Source: Batkoa obscura
Lineage: Eukaryota
Length of the DNA: 64,000 nucleotides
Assembly: GCA_030770535.1 (NCBI GenBank)
Contig: JASVEC010000001.1
Location: forward strand, 1,054,001 to 1,118,000
Reading direction: 5' to 3'
The notes beneath the pieces were generated by a model. The model saw only the letters and a list, made by a program, of their open reading frames with translations, was not told the DNA's origin and made no database searches. Shown here in pieces: positions 62,724 to 64,000 of the stretch (positions are counted from its first letter, which is position 1; the number at the start of each line of letters is the position of its first letter). Both the position numbers and the translations under genes were made by a program.

Positions 62724-64000
62724 GTTGTTTTTACACTATGATGATTTTTTGATTATCTGTCATTACAACGGTATGAGTTATTTGAGATAATGGGTTTAAA
62801 AGATTACTAGTTTTATTGCTTTATGTATACTTGAGTTATTTAATCGAACAATACAGTATTAATTTTTTAACTTTTTCTATTGTGATACTATTTTCGATAA
62901 TCTAGGTAACATTTTCTACTATATTCTGTAATGTTAATTCATTAAAAGATGGAACGTATTGCTATTAGTAGTTCATATTAACATTTTTAAATTTTAATTT
63001 AGCTCTATTTTTATTAATACAGTAATTAATCAGATATAAATTTTATTTAATGTAAAGGTTGAAGCTTGGTAGTTTAACTAATATTAAACCTATTGTTAAA
63101 AGCTAAAATTAGGCACTGTCAATATCGAATGTTGTTAAACTACAACTTGAGACTATATGGTAAAATTTTAATTTAAAACTCTAAAATACATGGTACTATT
63201 AAGATATTAAATTGCAAATAATACTATCTTAAAACTCCTCTTTTATGAAATATTAGATTAGTTGATTGTAATTAAGTAATTTTATAATTTAAATAATAAA
63301 GTGATAAGTGCTTCTTTATTATTTTACTTTATAAGTTATTCACATTAAACAAATTAGTGACATAAGCGTTTATTAATTGTTAAGTATTAATAATTAATAT
63401 TAATAGGCTTTATAAATAATAAGGCATAGTAGCTAGAAATATATATTTAATTCTAACTTTAATTTTAATAGCTATAGCTATCTAAACAAAGTCATATTAA
63501 ACCAAGTTTGATAAAAGTATATTGCTTTTACTTTTATAAAGTACTCTTACATGTTATAATAATATTAAATAATATATATTAGCTGTAATGGTATCAAATA
63601 ATACCAAGAAAATTAAATAGCAAAATGAAAACTCAAATATTTTCAAGTAATACCAAGATAAGAAAAGTACCATGGAAAAAGGCTCGTAAAATTTTGTTTT
63701 AAGCCAATTTGCTATGGTTCAAATTACATAATTGATCATCCTTAATAAGGTTAAACCAATGATTACAAACTTTACAAATTCAATGATATTTTAAAGTTTT
63801 AATCATTTGTAATAATACATAAACATATCTCATTCAAACTAATAAGTGTGACTATCGGTATGTTATTAGAAAATAATAAAAAATAGTTATACAGTTAAAT
63901 TACAATTTATTAAAATTAAAGCTTATATGATACATTAAAGATGAGTGATAAATTAAGTCCTCATTCTAGCAACTTCCGGAGTTAGAGAAATAAATATTGT

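Overview
Very AT-rich eukaryotic DNA with short GT-AG introns (about 40-150 nt). Gene content and style suggest an early-diverging fungus, possibly entomophthoralean/Conidiobolus-like; this is inference only. Genes: medium-chain acyl-CoA dehydrogenase, an SGNH-fold protein lacking the catalytic Ser, a coiled-coil hypothetical, a convergent pair of uncharacterised paralogs, GH16 beta-1,3-glucanase, secreted dipeptidyl peptidase V (S9), two ARN/MirB-type siderophore MFS transporters, a cytochrome P450 plus its pseudogene, three copies of a small unknown protein, Sec1 plus a divergent Sec1 paralog, UMP-CMP kinase and tRNA-Pro(AGG). Mobile DNA: one apparently intact Sola-like DNA transposon (22-bp TIRs, 4-bp TSD, 567-aa transposase), two decayed fragments of it, about 16 copies of a ~100-bp MITE sharing its termini and AWWT target, five ~465-bp solo LTRs (one nested in another) and a TA-targeting MITE family. 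Most notable: (i) an autonomous element plus its MITE family; (ii) strongly directional C:G>T:A (RIP-like) decay of repeats; (iii) all five paralog families include an inverted pair, and one old inverted duplication holds a 1.35-kb identical island; (iv) ATCWGATAA iron-repressor sites upstream of both siderophore transporters. All alignments were done by eye, so coordinates may be off by a few bases.
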